A DNA stretch of 63,648 nucleotides, filler included, from Chthonomonadaceae bacterium (lineage in GTDB: Bacteria; Armatimonadota; Chthonomonadetes; Chthonomonadales; Chthonomonadaceae): the NCBI GenBank assembly GCA_035650735.1. It is 4 parts of 4 records of this genome, joined end to end, with 100 filler letters (N's around TTAATTAATTAA, not from the genome) between each part and the next. Parts side by side here need not be neighbours in the genome. Positions count along the whole stretch, not along the records: positions 36,498 to 54,650 come from DASRGZ010000157.1; 3 more parts are not named here. The stretch is one strand, 5' to 3'. The position numbers and the translations under genes were made by a program. Positions 42,284 to 52,314 of the stretch are shown here, piece after piece (positions within the stretch are counted from its first letter, which is position 1; each line of letters starts with the position of its first letter). Under the pieces are notes generated by a model, which was given only the letters and a program-made list of their open reading frames with translations, was not told the origin of the DNA and did not search any database.

Positions 42284-43498
42284 GTGCCCCCTCAAGTGAC
42301 CTGTTGTGCGAGGGGCTCGAGCAGTTCGCACTGGTAGTAGGCACACAGACGCTCTTTGAGTTCTGCCATCGTCAACTTCCGGTCGGGTTCGACAAGGGCC
42401 CGCTTGCCATGGACCCACTTGGGCTCAATGTTGTTGAGCCAGGGACTCTTGCTGGGCAGAGGGCAAACCAGCAGACGACAGCCCCCTGCTTTCTTAACTG
42501 TGCGCTTATGCGCTTGGAGCCAGGTGCGCACCGGCTGGCTCTTATGCCAGGAGGCATTGTCCCAGAGGAGTACCAGGGCCTTCTTGCCCTGCTTTGTCAT
42601 CTGCTCGGCTAGCCAGGCCAGGAAGTCACAGGTGACCTGGCTGACCGGACGCCCCTGGACAAAGCGCAGCAGCCTCTGGCCTGTATCGGAGAGCAGAACC
42701 CCGTAACAGGCCAGGGCTTTGGGAGCGGGGTCGGCTTTGTCGGCCTCTGTCTCCAAAAGAGGCAGCGGCTTGGCCTCTGTCCAGGTGTGCAGGGAGGGCT
42801 GTGCCAAGCGAGAAAACCAGACCTCGTCTTATAACCCAGTTGCCAGTCGGGATGGCGCTCCAACAAGGCTATCAGGCGTTCGCGTCGGTTTTTTTGCGCG
42901 CATAAGCCGGGTCGGGACTGGTGCTCCAGCGCTTGGCCCGCTTCCAATCAAAGCCCAACCGTTGCATCGCCTGTCGGATCGTCTCGCCCGACAAGACCCG
43001 CTCCGACACGCCTTGCTCCTTAGCCACTTGGGCTAACAGCGGAAGCGTCCAGGTGCTGTAGGCTTTACCATAGGCTCGCGGCGACTGATGCAGCAGAGCC
43101 CGCAGGCGCTCGCGCTTGGCCCCATCCAGCACCGGAACCGCCGACTTGGGGCGGGAGGAGCCTTCAGTCAAACAGGCCAAGCCGCCTGCGTTGAAGGCCT
43201 TAATACCGTTGCGGACAGTTTGCACGGCGCCAATGCAGTTGCTTGGCAATGGCCGAGGGCTTGTGTCCTTGTGCGCTAGCCAGCACGATCTGGGCCCGGC
43301 GCAGAGTAAAGGCGCTTTTGGAGCGCAAGCCCGCTTCCAGTTGGGCCTGCTCGTCTGGTGTGAGTGGACGAACGTAAAGGGGTGGTAGCATAGCAAGAGG
43401 ATACCACCCAATAGACTACTTGCACAAGCTAGTTCGGCGCGCTCGATCCGATTGAGCTTGTAACGGGATACCACCCAATAGACTACTTGCACAAGACC
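42284..43498 (-). mobile_element. IS630-family element; transposase 43391-42292 with several frameshifts
   Basis: HTH (RRAQIVL, QTVRN), A7 slippery site ~42889, WDNASWH, LPSKSPWLNNIE; CTAG (TA target) at both ends. Confidence 0.9.
43399..43495 (-). repeat. Repeat-insert-repeat unit 2 (30-bp duplication, 37-bp insert)
   Basis: GGATACCACCCAATAGACTACTTGCACAAG at 43399-43428 and 43466-43495. Confidence 0.95.
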
Positions 43499-43499
43499 T

Positions 43500-43655
43500 A
43501 GCCTGAGATTGCACGGCCAGATCCCGGCAGAGCAGTTAGGCGACTTCAGCGTCTCTAATCTGGAGAAGGACCTCAACCCGACGCGCTCTGGCTCGCCCGT
43601 GTCACGCCGCAACCAGTACCCACTCAATTTTACGATCGTCAACTTCCCGCGCTGA
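43500..43655 (+). pseudogene. Orphan C-terminal gene fragment truncated by IS630
   Basis: Open frame SLRLHGQIPAEQ...YPLNFTIVNFPR* starting at the IS junction. Confidence 0.4.
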
Positions 43656-43832
43656 GCGCGTCGGGGCGCGTTGTTGCTTATCGGTGGTCTGGACGCAGGC
43701 GTGCAGAACATTCCGGCGGCTCCGCCACGAGCCACACTGATAGCGAGTACAGGAAGGGAACAGCGCTCAGTCGAATACGCAAAAGAGCCAGGTGAATGGG
43801 TCAGGCAACGCCGAGGGGGGGAGCGTAGGCGA

Positions 43833-45839
43833 TTGGATGCGGAAGCGAAATCCAGGGATAGAGCGCAGGATAACCAACCCGAGCGGAGCGCGCGGGCCGT
43901 TGCGCACGGTATCGGATTGCGCGGGCGGGTGGTCGTCGCCGCCGTCATCGGCATCGCGCTCAACGCCTGGCTGCTCACCGAGGTCGAGATGGTCCGCTTC
44001 ATTGCGCTCGGCAGCATGTGGAGCCTTTCACCCCTGGTGCTCACGGAGACCCTCCTGGCTCTGCTTCTCTTCACTCCGCTGCGCAGGAGTGAACGCTGGC
44101 GGTGGCGCGCAAGGGACTTCCTGGCCCTGTATATTCTGCTGACCCTGGGAACGGCCCCCATCAGCTTCGATGGCGCCTTTGCGCTGACGGGCCTGCTCGC
44201 GTTTCCCTCTAGTCCGCTGGCGCACCCGCCTGATTGGCGCAGTGAATGGCTGGCAAGCCTGCCGCCGCGACTCCTCGTAACGGATACCCTTGCCGCCAAC
44301 GCGGCGGTGCTGGGCAACCATGCCTTCTGGTCCGAGGGGCTGTGGGTCGCGTGGATCAAGCCACTGGCAGGCTGGACAGGTCTGCTGGCGACCCTGAGCA
44401 TGGTCTACCTGGGCCTCAGTTGTCTGCTGCATCGGCGCTGGTCGCAGCAGCAGCGGTTAGCCTACCCCCTCGCCACGCTGCCGGTGGCCTTGTTTGCGGA
44501 GGACCCGCCCCTGTGGCGCCGTCGCGCGTTCTGGAGCGGCGCGGCGCTGGCTGCGGGGCTGGCCACGCTCAACCGCTGGCAGCCGCTTTTCCCTTTCTTA
44601 CCCTCTATCCCGGTGGATATTCGCCAGATACCCTGTCCTTTTCCGCTGCCGCCCTGGTCCGCACTGGGCGACATCTTCATCGGCTGTCCGCTCTGGATGT
44701 TTGGAATGGCCTTTCTCGCGCCCCTGGATGTGCTCTTTTCGACGGTACTCTGTTACTGGATGTGGCGGCTGGCGCTGGTCGGGGCGGCGTTTGCGGGCCG
44801 GGGAGACGTGAACGGGGTTTATGGCTCAGCGGGCGGGCTGTATCTCAACCATATCTCTTACGGCGCGTATCTGGGGCTGGGAATCGGCGCGCTCTGGTCG
44901 GCGCGGCGGCATCTGCTTTGGGGCTTTCGGAAGCTCCCGGATCGCCAGGCATCTGAGGACAGGGAGACGGCGATTTCCTATCGCCTCGCCGCTAGCCTGG
45001 TGGGCCTCGGCATTCTCGGCCTCTGGGGCTGGAGCCTGTGGCTGGGCCTATCGGCCTCCTTTGCCTTCGCCTTCTTCTGCCTGATGCTCCTGACGGCGGT
45101 CGCCCTCGGACGTATCCGGGCGGAGCTGGGGGTCGTCGCCTACGGTATGCTCGGCATGGCGCCCGTGCAGATGCTCGCCGGCACCATCGGCGCTACCTCG
45201 CTGACCCAGGTAGATCAGGTGGTGGGAATGCAGCTGCTCAACTATGGGCTGACTTACGGCCAGCGCAGCAATCTCATGCCGCTACAGGTGGAGGCGCTCA
45301 AGGTCGCAGAGCGCGGCGGCGGGGTGGGGCGCCCCTTAATGGTCGGGATGCTGTGCGCTGCGGTGCTGGGCATCGGCTTGGGACTGTTGGCTGCGGGGAT
45401 GGCGCTTACCCGGCATGGCGCGATGAGTGGGCAGAGCGTCCAGCCTTCCTATACGGTCTTCACCTGGGCCACGGATAGGCTCAATAGCTGGGCTGAGAAC
45501 CCCAGGCAGTTCGGTTTTAATCCCGCTGCGACCCTGGCGGTCGGCGTGGGCGTGGGGATCACACAGCTTCTGTTCCTGTTGCGCACCAACTTCCTCGCGT
45601 TTCCCCTGCATCCCATCGGTTTTGCCATCGCCTCCGACTATAACTGCCACTTCTTCTGGATGGCCTTTACCTTGGCCTGGCTGGTCAAAGGCGCGCTGCT
45701 GCGCTACGGCGGATTGCGCGCTTATCGTCGGATGCTGCCCTTCTGCCTGGGATTGATCGTGGGCGATTTCGTCATGATGGTGGTCAATGGGCTGCTGCTG
45801 GCCGCCCTCGGAGTGAAACCTCAAGAACTGACCATGTGA
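43833..45839 (+). CDS. Polytopic membrane protein, DUF6785/DUF6784-like (OPT-related)
   Basis: W..QRLAYPL..LP, RIRAELG, FPLHPIGF, LLRYGG...Y...PFCLGLIVGD; start uncertain. Confidence 0.75.
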   Translation: MDAEAKSRDRAQDNQPERSARAVAHGIGLRGRVVVAAVIGIALNAWLLTEVEMVRFIALGSMWSLSPLVLTETLLALLLFTPLRRSERWRWRARDFLALYILLTLGTAPISFDGAFALTGLLAFPSSPLAHPPDWRSEWLASLPPRLLVTDTLAANAAVLGNHAFWSEGLWVAWIKPLAGWTGLLATLSMVYLGLSCLLHRRWSQQQRLAYPLATLPVALFAEDPPLWRRRAFWSGAALAAGLATLNRWQPLFPFLPSIPVDIRQIPCPFPLPPWSALGDIFIGCPLWMFGMAFLAPLDVLFSTVLCYWMWRLALVGAAFAGRGDVNGVYGSAGGLYLNHISYGAYLGLGIGALWSARRHLLWGFRKLPDRQASEDRETAISYRLAASLVGLGILGLWGWSLWLGLSASFAFAFFCLMLLTAVALGRIRAELGVVAYGMLGMAPVQMLAGTIGATSLTQVDQVVGMQLLNYGLTYGQRSNLMPLQVEALKVAERGGGVGRPLMVGMLCAAVLGIGLGLLAAGMALTRHGAMSGQSVQPSYTVFTWATDRLNSWAENPRQFGFNPAATLAVGVGVGITQLLFLLRTNFLAFPLHPIGFAIASDYNCHFFWMAFTLAWLVKGALLRYGGLRAYRRMLPFCLGLIVGDFVMMVVNGLLLAALGVKPQELTM

Positions 45840-45987
45840 CCCTTCCCGATTATTCCCGAAACAAGGCGGTCGTGGTCTACTGTAGGGGCAGGGAATCCGT
45901 GAGTCGGCACGCTCTGCATGTGCCCTGGCGCGTTATCGCTCTGTACAGGCGGAGGGTTCTATGGTATGATGGAGGCGGAGGAGAACC

Positions 45988-46191
45988 ATGAGCGAAACGA
46001 TGCTGAGCAAGCCCAAGCGCAAAACCACCGCCGACTACAAAGCCATCGCTGACCAACTACTGACAGGAATGAGACGACTGGATGAATTAATGCAGAAAGA
46101 CCGTACCGAAATCGAATGTCTCAAGGCGGAAACCGCGCGTCTAGAAGCCGAAAACCGGGTCGTTCTCTCCCGCTTGAAGACGATGTGGTAG
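45988..46191 (+). CDS. Small coiled-coil hypothetical protein
   Basis: GGAGGAG RBS; 67-aa ORF. Confidence 0.55.
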   Translation: MSETMLSKPKRKTTADYKAIADQLLTGMRRLDELMQKDRTEIECLKAETARLEAENRVVLSRLKTMW

Positions 46192-46360
46192 GCCATGTGG
46201 CAGAAAGTCATAGACTTCACGGGACCGCGAAATCCAACGGTTGCGTCTGGAAAACATGCTCTTGCGTTTTGAGCGTGGCTTGCCTCCCGCAAGCAAGCCG
46301 GAGAGCGAAGACGAGCCGTAGGTGTTTCTTGCAGGCGACAGAGATTGTCTTGCAAAGCCC

Positions 46361-46389
46361 TTGACAAGAGGACGAATTGCCCCTACAAT
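46361..46389 (+). promoter_or_regulatory. Sigma70-type promoter upstream of the DUF1559 cluster
   Basis: TTGACA, 17 bp, TACAAT. Confidence 0.75.
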
Positions 46390-46479
46390 CAAACCTATGT
46401 ACCGGCGGGTGTCTAAGGCCGCACATCGCTTCTCGCAGTCATCGTGCGCCCTACAATCAAACCTATGTACCGGCGGGTG
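46381..46479 (+). repeat. Repeat-insert-repeat unit 3 (30-31-bp duplication, period 68)
   Basis: CCCTACAATCAAACCTATGTACCGGCGGGTG at 46381-46411 and 46449-46479. Confidence 0.95.
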
Positions 46480-46639
46480 CCCCGGAGGGGCGCCGGGGTT
46501 ATGGAGAAGACGACATGACCACATGTCGCGCGTTTGGGAAGGTAGGTGAAGCAAGTACGACAAACCCTCTGGCTTTTAGGAAGTACAATCCACTTTTTGC
46601 ATTGTGCCAAGTTTACTGCCATCCAAGGAGGATGCAAGA

Positions 46640-47518
46640 ATGCGTAAGCGTGGGGCATTTACCCTGATCGAATTGCTCGTCGTAATCGCCATTATCGCCA
46701 TCCTGGCCGCCATTCTCTTCCCGGTCTTCGCGCAGGCCCGTGAAAAAGCCCGCGCCATCTCCTGTCTTTCCAACCTCAAGCAGATCGGCTTGGGCACGAT
46801 GCAGTATGTCCAGGACTACGATGAGACCTATCCCTGCGGATGGATGCCGGGCGCTGGCGGCGCGCCCGCCGGCACGACTATGTGGCGCATTGTCCTGAAA
46901 CCGTACATTCAAAAATACGGCAACCCCAACGACATGTACGACGCCAAGGGGAACTGGGGCGTCTATTCCTGCCCGGACATGCCCGCAGGCGACCCAAACG
47001 GCCCGACGAGCTATGGCTATAATGCGGCGGCGAGCGGCCTGACCAATGGGTGGAACGATGCGGCTCCGGGAGATAAGCCCGATCATTATATCGGTAAGGC
47101 CCAGGCTGCTGTGCGACGCCCGGCCAACGTCGTCGCCTTCTGTGACTCAGCGCAGATCTATACTCCGGAAACCATCGCCGCCGATCCCAACTGGCACCAG
47201 GGCGACGAGTATCCGAGCCTCTGCACAGGCTACGAGACCAACAATGGCGACAATGCCACCGGTCCCTGCGGCCCGTTCGCCTTCAACCCCAAGGTCTGGA
47301 AGGCGCAGAACCCCTGGGGCAGCACGGACTGGGACTTCGGCGTTCCCGGACTGGCCGGCGATGGCGACTGGACCGTCAACGGCGCGCGGCGGCCCCATTC
47401 GCGGCATAGCGGCAAGGTCAACGCCGTCTTTGCCGATGGGCACGGCAAGGTCATAGACGCCGACTCCCTCAAGGCCAAGCTGGGCACGCCCGGCGACCTG
47501 TGGCACGACCACGAGTAA
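46640..47518 (+). CDS. Prepilin-type N-methylation / DUF1559 / H-X9-DG protein
   Basis: [53 protein letters not shown]. Confidence 0.95.
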   Translation: MRKRGAFTLIELLVVIAIIAILAAILFPVFAQAREKARAISCLSNLKQIGLGTMQYVQDYDETYPCGWMPGAGGAPAGTTMWRIVLKPYIQKYGNPNDMYDAKGNWGVYSCPDMPAGDPNGPTSYGYNAAASGLTNGWNDAAPGDKPDHYIGKAQAAVRRPANVVAFCDSAQIYTPETIAADPNWHQGDEYPSLCTGYETNNGDNATGPCGPFAFNPKVWKAQNPWGSTDWDFGVPGLAGDGDWTVNGARRPHSRHSGKVNAVFADGHGKVIDADSLKAKLGTPGDLWHDHE

Positions 47519-47544
47519 TCCCGCTCACTCTCTGTAGAGACTCG

Positions 47545-49749
47545 ATGAAGCAAGAAAGCAGGGCGGTCTCAACCACCGCCCTCCCTCCTCTAACGGCATC
47601 CAAAACAAGTGCGCCTGCACGCCCCGGCTGGTTCCGACGTCTGCGCCTGCCCCTTGTTGTCGCGTTGTTGCTCCTTGCCATCGGGCTGTTCCTTGTACAG
47701 ACGCCGTGGTACCAGGAACGCCGCCTGGCGCGTTTGTCCTTGCCGTCTCTGGAACGCGAGCGGCGCACGCGTGGAGACAACGATCCCCGTCTCCTTTACT
47801 ATCTCGGCCTGCGCCTCAATCAGCGGGCGCAGTTTGCCGCTGCCGATCCGATCCTGCGCAAGGCGGTAGGGCTGGACCCCGACTCGCCGCGCCTGCGGGA
47901 CGAATGGGCGCGCGCGCTGCTGGGAAGCGGGCTGACGACAGCGGCGTTCGGGGAGCTGCGCCAGTTTGCAGGCACGCATCCTAACTCCGCTCCCGCCCAT
48001 CTGCTTCTGGGCAAATTCTATGTCACGCAGAACTCCATGCGCCGCGCCATCGAGGAGTTGAACCGCGCCGTCCAGCTCGATCCGGCGCTCCCCGAAGGCT
48101 GGTCTTACCTCGCCGTCGCTCACGATGCGCTACGGAACTATGCCGAGGCGAAGGAGGCGGCGGAAAAAGCGGCAGCGCTCCGTCCCAACGATTTCGGCAG
48201 CCAGTTGCAGTTGGCGTTGCAGCAGGCGCACCTGGGCGAAGCGGAAGGGGCAAGGCGGGCCTTTGCGCGGGCGGCAGTCCTGGGACCTAAGGCTGCGGTC
48301 GTGCATCGCGAGTATGCGCAGTGGCTGCTTCAGGTCGGCTCCCAACCGCAAGATCGCGACCTCGCTGTGGCGGAGGCACGCCGGGCCGTGGCTCTGGATG
48401 CACGGGATGCGGGAGCGCAGATGACTCTGGGCCGCGCCCTCGCGCAACAGGGGCAACTGGAAGCGGCCGTAGAGCCGTTCCGGCAGGCGGCGGAGCTGGC
48501 CCCGGAGTATCCGGCTTCCGCTCTGGCCGTGGCCCGGGCATTGGGCCGTCTGGGGCGAGAAAAGGCGGCGCGCGCCTGGATGCAGGTCTATGCCTCCCGC
48601 CAGCAGCGCTTCACCGCCAAGGCGAAGCTACAGGCGCAGATAGAATTGAATCCGAAGGACGCGAACGCCCATCGCCGTCTGGCGCGATTGCTGGCGGAGG
48701 AGGGCCATGTCGAGGAGTGCGTCCGCCACCATGCGAGCGCGCGGCGCAAAGCCCCGGACTCTCCGCCTGTGCTGGCAGCCGCCGCCAGCGATCTGGTGGA
48801 GACAGGGCACGCCAGAGAGGCGCTGCCGTTGGCGCAACGCGCGGTTACCATCGCGCCGCACAGCCCGGAGGCGCTCGAAACGATGGGCAACGTGCTCCTG
48901 GGCGTTGGGCAGCCCAGGGACGCCGCCGCCTACTATGATCGGGCCAGGACCTACCATCCCGAGCGGTTCCAGATCTATTGCGACCGCATCGCGCGCTTCT
49001 TCCGCCAGCAACGGGAGCGCGCTGCCAGCCAGTTGTCGCCTGCCGAGCGGGCATACCGCGCCTCCCGTGAGCTTGTTCATGCGCAGGTCGGACCGCTGCA
49101 CGTTCCCCCGGAAGCCTTGCGCCTGGCCGAGAAGGCGGTCTTGCTGGAACCGGCGAACCCTACCTATCTGCGCTATCTGCTGATGCTCCAGTTTGACCGA
49201 CGACGCGACAAAGAGGCGATAGACACCGCCCAGCGTCTGCTTGCCATCGCGCCGCAGGACACCAGAGCGCACGCGCTGCTTGCCATCCTGCTCGTGGATC
49301 GCGCCACCAGTCCGCAGGACCTCAATGCGGTCGAAGCGCATCTCCAGATCGCCTCTACCGATCCTTCCGCCGAGGCGACCTGGCGGTATGGGCAGGGGCT
49401 GCTGGCGCTGAAACGCGGCGACAATCTTCGCGCGGTCCGGGAGCTCCAGCGCGCGCTGGAACTGGATCCCGAGCCGACGGTGACCTATTACAAGCTGGCC
49501 CAGGCGCAGGCGAGAGTCGGGCAGAAAGAGGCTGCCGCCCACAACCTGGCGATTTTCCGGAAACGTCAGGCCCAGAAGCTCTCCGAGGCCGAAGCGTTAC
49601 GTTTACTGGCGGCCAAGCCGGAGGACGCCGACCGTTATCGTCGCGCCGCCGCGCTCTTTGATGCTCACGGTCGCCACCAAGAGGCGGAAGCGATTCGAGC
49701 GGCTGCCCGAAGCCATGTCCCTGCCGAAAAGTCTATGGCTTCCCCTTAA
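47545..49749 (+). CDS. Membrane-anchored TPR protein
   Basis: N-terminal TM plus many TPR units (A..LDP, LAP). Confidence 0.88.
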   Translation: MKQESRAVSTTALPPLTASKTSAPARPGWFRRLRLPLVVALLLLAIGLFLVQTPWYQERRLARLSLPSLERERRTRGDNDPRLLYYLGLRLNQRAQFAAADPILRKAVGLDPDSPRLRDEWARALLGSGLTTAAFGELRQFAGTHPNSAPAHLLLGKFYVTQNSMRRAIEELNRAVQLDPALPEGWSYLAVAHDALRNYAEAKEAAEKAAALRPNDFGSQLQLALQQAHLGEAEGARRAFARAAVLGPKAAVVHREYAQWLLQVGSQPQDRDLAVAEARRAVALDARDAGAQMTLGRALAQQGQLEAAVEPFRQAAELAPEYPASALAVARALGRLGREKAARAWMQVYASRQQRFTAKAKLQAQIELNPKDANAHRRLARLLAEEGHVEECVRHHASARRKAPDSPPVLAAAASDLVETGHAREALPLAQRAVTIAPHSPEALETMGNVLLGVGQPRDAAAYYDRARTYHPERFQIYCDRIARFFRQQRERAASQLSPAERAYRASRELVHAQVGPLHVPPEALRLAEKAVLLEPANPTYLRYLLMLQFDRRRDKEAIDTAQRLLAIAPQDTRAHALLAILLVDRATSPQDLNAVEAHLQIASTDPSAEATWRYGQGLLALKRGDNLRAVRELQRALELDPEPTVTYYKLAQAQARVGQKEAAAHNLAIFRKRQAQKLSEAEALRLLAAKPEDADRYRRAAALFDAHGRHQEAEAIRAAARSHVPAEKSMASP

Positions 49750-49805
49750 TATCTACTCTAACGGAAGAGTTGTCCTTACGCATCCACGCAAAGAGAGGAT
49801 TTTCT

Positions 49806-50069
49806 ATGAAAGCTAAAGTTGGCCCTGTTGCCATCATCATCGCCGTTGCTGTCCTGGCGGCTTTCTGCTACTTCATGTATAAGAAGACCGATACGTCTTC
49901 GTCCTCCATGGGCGCCTACAATCCCGAAAAGTATGGCCCGCCCGACTACGTAAAGAATATGAAACAGGGAAACACGAGCTACATGGGTCCCCGTGGACAA
50001 GCGGGTGGCGGGCAGACAGGAGCGGCGCCCGGCACGGGCGGAGCGTCTTCCGGCTCAACAGGTCCGTAG
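49806..50069 (+). CDS. Small single-TM hypothetical protein
   Basis: GAGG RBS; hydrophobic helix and Gly/Pro tail. Confidence 0.7.
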   Translation: MKAKVGPVAIIIAVAVLAAFCYFMYKKTDTSSSSMGAYNPEKYGPPDYVKNMKQGNTSYMGPRGQAGGGQTGAAPGTGGASSGSTGP

Positions 50070-50076
50070 CCCCTCT

Positions 50077-50485
50077 CGTGCCGGGCCATGAATGACCCGT
50101 CTCTAGGGCCTGCGGCCAACCGACTGCAAGGGACGGCGCTGCCACTGCTAGGGTCGGTGCTCAACGGTTCGCACCTCCGCCTAGCGACACTCGTGCCTTT
50201 GCCTTGCGACTGGCGGACGGAACACCTGGCTTGGCTGTGCGTCCGCTAGTCGCAAGGCCGAGCCGCGAACCGTTGAGCGGCGTCCCTTGCAGTCGCTTGG
50301 CCGCAGGCCCTAGAGCCGGGGGTTGAAAACCTCCGATCCGTGCCGGGCATGGAAAACCCCCGTCTAGAGGGCGGCTACGCCGCCAACCGTCCTTCGGACG
50401 GAACACCTGGCTTGGCTGTGCGTCCGCCAGGACGCTTGACCGTTAGGCCCTAGAGCCGGGTACTTTTAGTGCCCGGCAAGGGCAG
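50077..50485. repeat. Composite palindromic repeat (family D)
   Basis: GGACGGAACACCTGGCTTGGCTGTGCGTCCGC twice and GGCCCTAGAGCCGGG twice; related sequence at 6075-6135. Confidence 0.65.
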
Positions 50486-50683
50486 AGTACCCGGCCCGGC
50501 AGAGGAAAGTCGTCTCTGCCGGGCCGTTTCGCGTCTGGAGGAAAGGTAGTAGGCTGCAAATGCGGGTTTTTTGCGCAGATTTGCGTATAGATATAGGGAA
50601 CCGATCCAAACGGTGTATAATGATGCAAAACAGGTGCGCGTCCGGCAGACCCGCCGCGCAGCTAAACCAAGGATGTATAAATC

Positions 50684-52216
50684 ATGGCCGAAATTACGGA
50701 AGATTTGACCCCCAGCCAGATCGTGGCGGAACTCGATAAATATATCGTGGGACAGAAGGAGGCCAAGCGCGCGGTCGCCGTGGCGCTGCGCAATCGCTAT
50801 CGGCGTCGCAGGTTGCCCGACGACCTTCGCGATGAGGTGATCCCCAAGAATATCCTGATGATCGGGCCGACCGGCGTAGGCAAGACCGAGATCGCCCGCC
50901 GCCTAGCCCATCTGGCCCACGCGCCCTTCGTCAAGGTGGAGGCCACCAAGTTTACCGAGGTCGGCTACGTGGGGCGGGACGTGGACTCGATGGTGCGCGA
51001 TCTGGTGCAGGTGGCGATCCGCCTGGTGGAGTCGGAGAAGATCGCCGAGGTGCGCGCCGCCGCCGAGCAGCGCGCCATTGATCGCATTGTGGATATCCTC
51101 CAGCCGCGCCGCGCGCCTGCGGGCCGTCGCAGGCCCGGCGAGGAAGGCGCCGCCGAGTCGACGGACCTGACCAGGGCTATTCGCCAGATGTTCGGCGGCG
51201 TGCTGGGCAGCAACGCGGAGATCGCCTCTATCAATGTGGAGCGTGCCGCGCCGCGCCCGCACGAGACGCCGGAGGAGGACGAGGCAGAGGACGAGGAAGA
51301 GCGCAAAGACGCTTCGCGCCGGGAGCGCATTCGCGAGCGCCTGCGCCAGCAGGTGGCGAGCGGGGTGCGCGACGACGAAAAGATAGAGATCACCGTCGAG
51401 GAGAGCCAGGGGCTTCCCTTCCTGCAAGTCTTTTCGCCGCAGGGCATGGAAGAGATGGGCATGGATATGCAGAACACGCTCGGCGGCATGTTCCCGAAAC
51501 GGCATAAGCAGCGCACCGTCACCATCGCTGAGGCCAAGCAAATCTTCACCCAGGAAGAGGCGCAGGCCATGATTGACCGGGACGCGCTGACGCGAGAGGC
51601 CATTCAGCGGGCAGAGCAGACCGGCATCATCTTCGTGGACGAGATTGATAAGATCGCCGGGCCGTCGCGCGGGCCGGGAATGGGCGGCGGGCCGGACGTG
51701 TCCCGTGAGGGCGTGCAGCGCGACATTCTGCCCATCATCGAAGGCTCAACCGTGGCGACCAAGTTCGGCCCCGTCCGCACCGACCACGTTCTGTTTATCG
51801 CGGCGGGCGCGTTCCACGTCTCCAAGCCCTCCGACTTGATACCGGAGCTGCAGGGCCGCCTGCCGATCCGCGTGGAGTTGGAGAACCTGACCGAAGAGGA
51901 TTTCAAGCGTATCCTCACCGAGCCGCGCAACGCCCTCATCCGTCAGTACACCGCCCTGCTGGCCACCGAGGGCGTGACCGTCGAGTTCACCGACGACGCC
52001 ATTACCGAACTGGCGCGCGCGGCGGCGGAGGTCAACCGCAACAGCGAGAACATCGGCGCGCGGCGGCTGCATACGGTGCTGGAGCGGGTGCTGGAAGACC
52101 TCTCCTTTGAGGCGCCCGATCTGGAGAACAAGCACGTGCGCGTTGATGCCGCCTACGTGCGCACGCGCCTGGAAGACATCATCAAGAACGAGGACTTGAG
52201 CCGCTATATTCTCTAG
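50684..52216 (+). CDS. hslU: ATP-dependent protease ATPase subunit HslU
   Basis: [56 protein letters not shown]. Confidence 0.98.
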   Translation: MAEITEDLTPSQIVAELDKYIVGQKEAKRAVAVALRNRYRRRRLPDDLRDEVIPKNILMIGPTGVGKTEIARRLAHLAHAPFVKVEATKFTEVGYVGRDVDSMVRDLVQVAIRLVESEKIAEVRAAAEQRAIDRIVDILQPRRAPAGRRRPGEEGAAESTDLTRAIRQMFGGVLGSNAEIASINVERAAPRPHETPEEDEAEDEEERKDASRRERIRERLRQQVASGVRDDEKIEITVEESQGLPFLQVFSPQGMEEMGMDMQNTLGGMFPKRHKQRTVTIAEAKQIFTQEEAQAMIDRDALTREAIQRAEQTGIIFVDEIDKIAGPSRGPGMGGGPDVSREGVQRDILPIIEGSTVATKFGPVRTDHVLFIAAGAFHVSKPSDLIPELQGRLPIRVELENLTEEDFKRILTEPRNALIRQYTALLATEGVTVEFTDDAITELARAAAEVNRNSENIGARRLHTVLERVLEDLSFEAPDLENKHVRVDAAYVRTRLEDIIKNEDLSRYIL

Positions 52217-52253
52217 GTCACCTGGATCAGGGAAAATCGCGCCCACCAATACG

Positions 52254-52291
52254 AGCGCCCTCCTCGCTGTTTGAGGAGGGCGCTTCTGTTT
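52254..52291 (+). terminator. hslU terminator
   Basis: AGCGCCCTCCTC...GAGGAGGGCGCT followed by TCTGTTT. Confidence 0.8.
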
Positions 52292-52314
52292 GCAGGGAAA
52301 AGAAACGGAACCGG

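Noticed and set aside
45850..45900. Rhodanese-like peptide RNKAVVVYCRG
   Set aside because: Too short, with no start or context, to support a call.
50215..50428. 32-bp direct repeat
   Set aside because: Period about 181 bp and part of composite palindromic family D.
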